Shown piece after piece: positions 23,789 to 24,000 of a stretch of DNA of 24,000 nucleotides (position 1 is the stretch's first letter; every line of letters begins with the position of its first letter). Below the pieces are notes generated by a model, which was not told where the DNA came from, ran no database searches, and saw only the letters and a program-made list of their open reading frames with translations. Origin of the DNA: Falsibacillus pallidus (lineage in GTDB: Bacteria > Bacillota > Bacilli > Bacillales > DSM-25281); NCBI RefSeq assembly GCF_003350505.1, contig NZ_QQAY01000014.1, positions 1 to 24,000 on the forward strand, given 5' to 3'. The translations under genes and the position numbers were made by a program.

Positions 23789-24000
23789 ATACTTGCCCTC
23801 CGAATCATCATTTCTCAAGAGAAATTATGCTTCAATTAGTTCTAAATCACTCCTTATATTCTACCAAAATTCTCTCCCAACCCATAATGATATTTTCCAT
23901 ATTCATATTACATTTACATTACTAAATTGATCAGGACAGGAAATTTATCCTTTTGTCCCACGTGCTGGTATCGTCTGAAGTGAAAAGGGTAAAGTAATGA

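Noticed and set aside
23996-24000. An ATG preceded by aaaaggg at the extreme right edge (possible plus-strand gene start)
   Set aside because: Less than two codons lie inside the window, so it cannot be supported.

Overview
Core chromosomal region of a spore-forming Bacillaceae genome. Nearly everything is on the minus strand. Read in reverse, the gene order matches the B. subtilis ddl-murF-cshA-ydbS-ydbT-ydcA-acpS-ydcC-alr-ndoAI-ndoA-rsbR-rsbS-rsbT-rsbU-rsbV-rsbW-sigB-rsbX-ydcI-cmpA-ydcK-tRNA interval. On the minus strand the window ends with 11 tRNA genes (Asn, Ser, Glu, Asp, Gln, Lys, Leu, Leu, Arg, Pro, Gly) that run straight into the 5' end of a 16S rRNA gene, driven by three near-consensus sigma-A promoters. 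Differences from B. subtilis: an alpha/beta-hydrolase gene lies between murF and cshA, rsbX is followed directly by the Tex-like gene, and two uncharacterised proteins lie upstream of ddl. Ten six-frame ORFs are over-extended at the 5' end; I re-called their starts from RBS position and gene overlaps (ydcK, sigB, rsbV, rsbR, ndoAI, ydcC, ydcA, ydbT, ddl and the 23015 gene). The 37-codon sporulation gene cmpA is below the ORF-track size cut-off. The part not explained by ordinary annotation is a noncoding element of about 0.4 kb. It occurs twice in the same orientation (16316-16717 and 22600-22977). Its core is six copies of the 9-mer GGCGCATAG at an exact 21-bp period, with divergent spacers. 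Copy A is bracketed by a duplicated copy of the cshA terminator, which looks like an insertion footprint. I cannot assign a function or a family. It could be an iteron-like array of protein-binding sites or a structured ncRNA. No CRISPR array, transposase, integrase or defence-gene cluster is visible.
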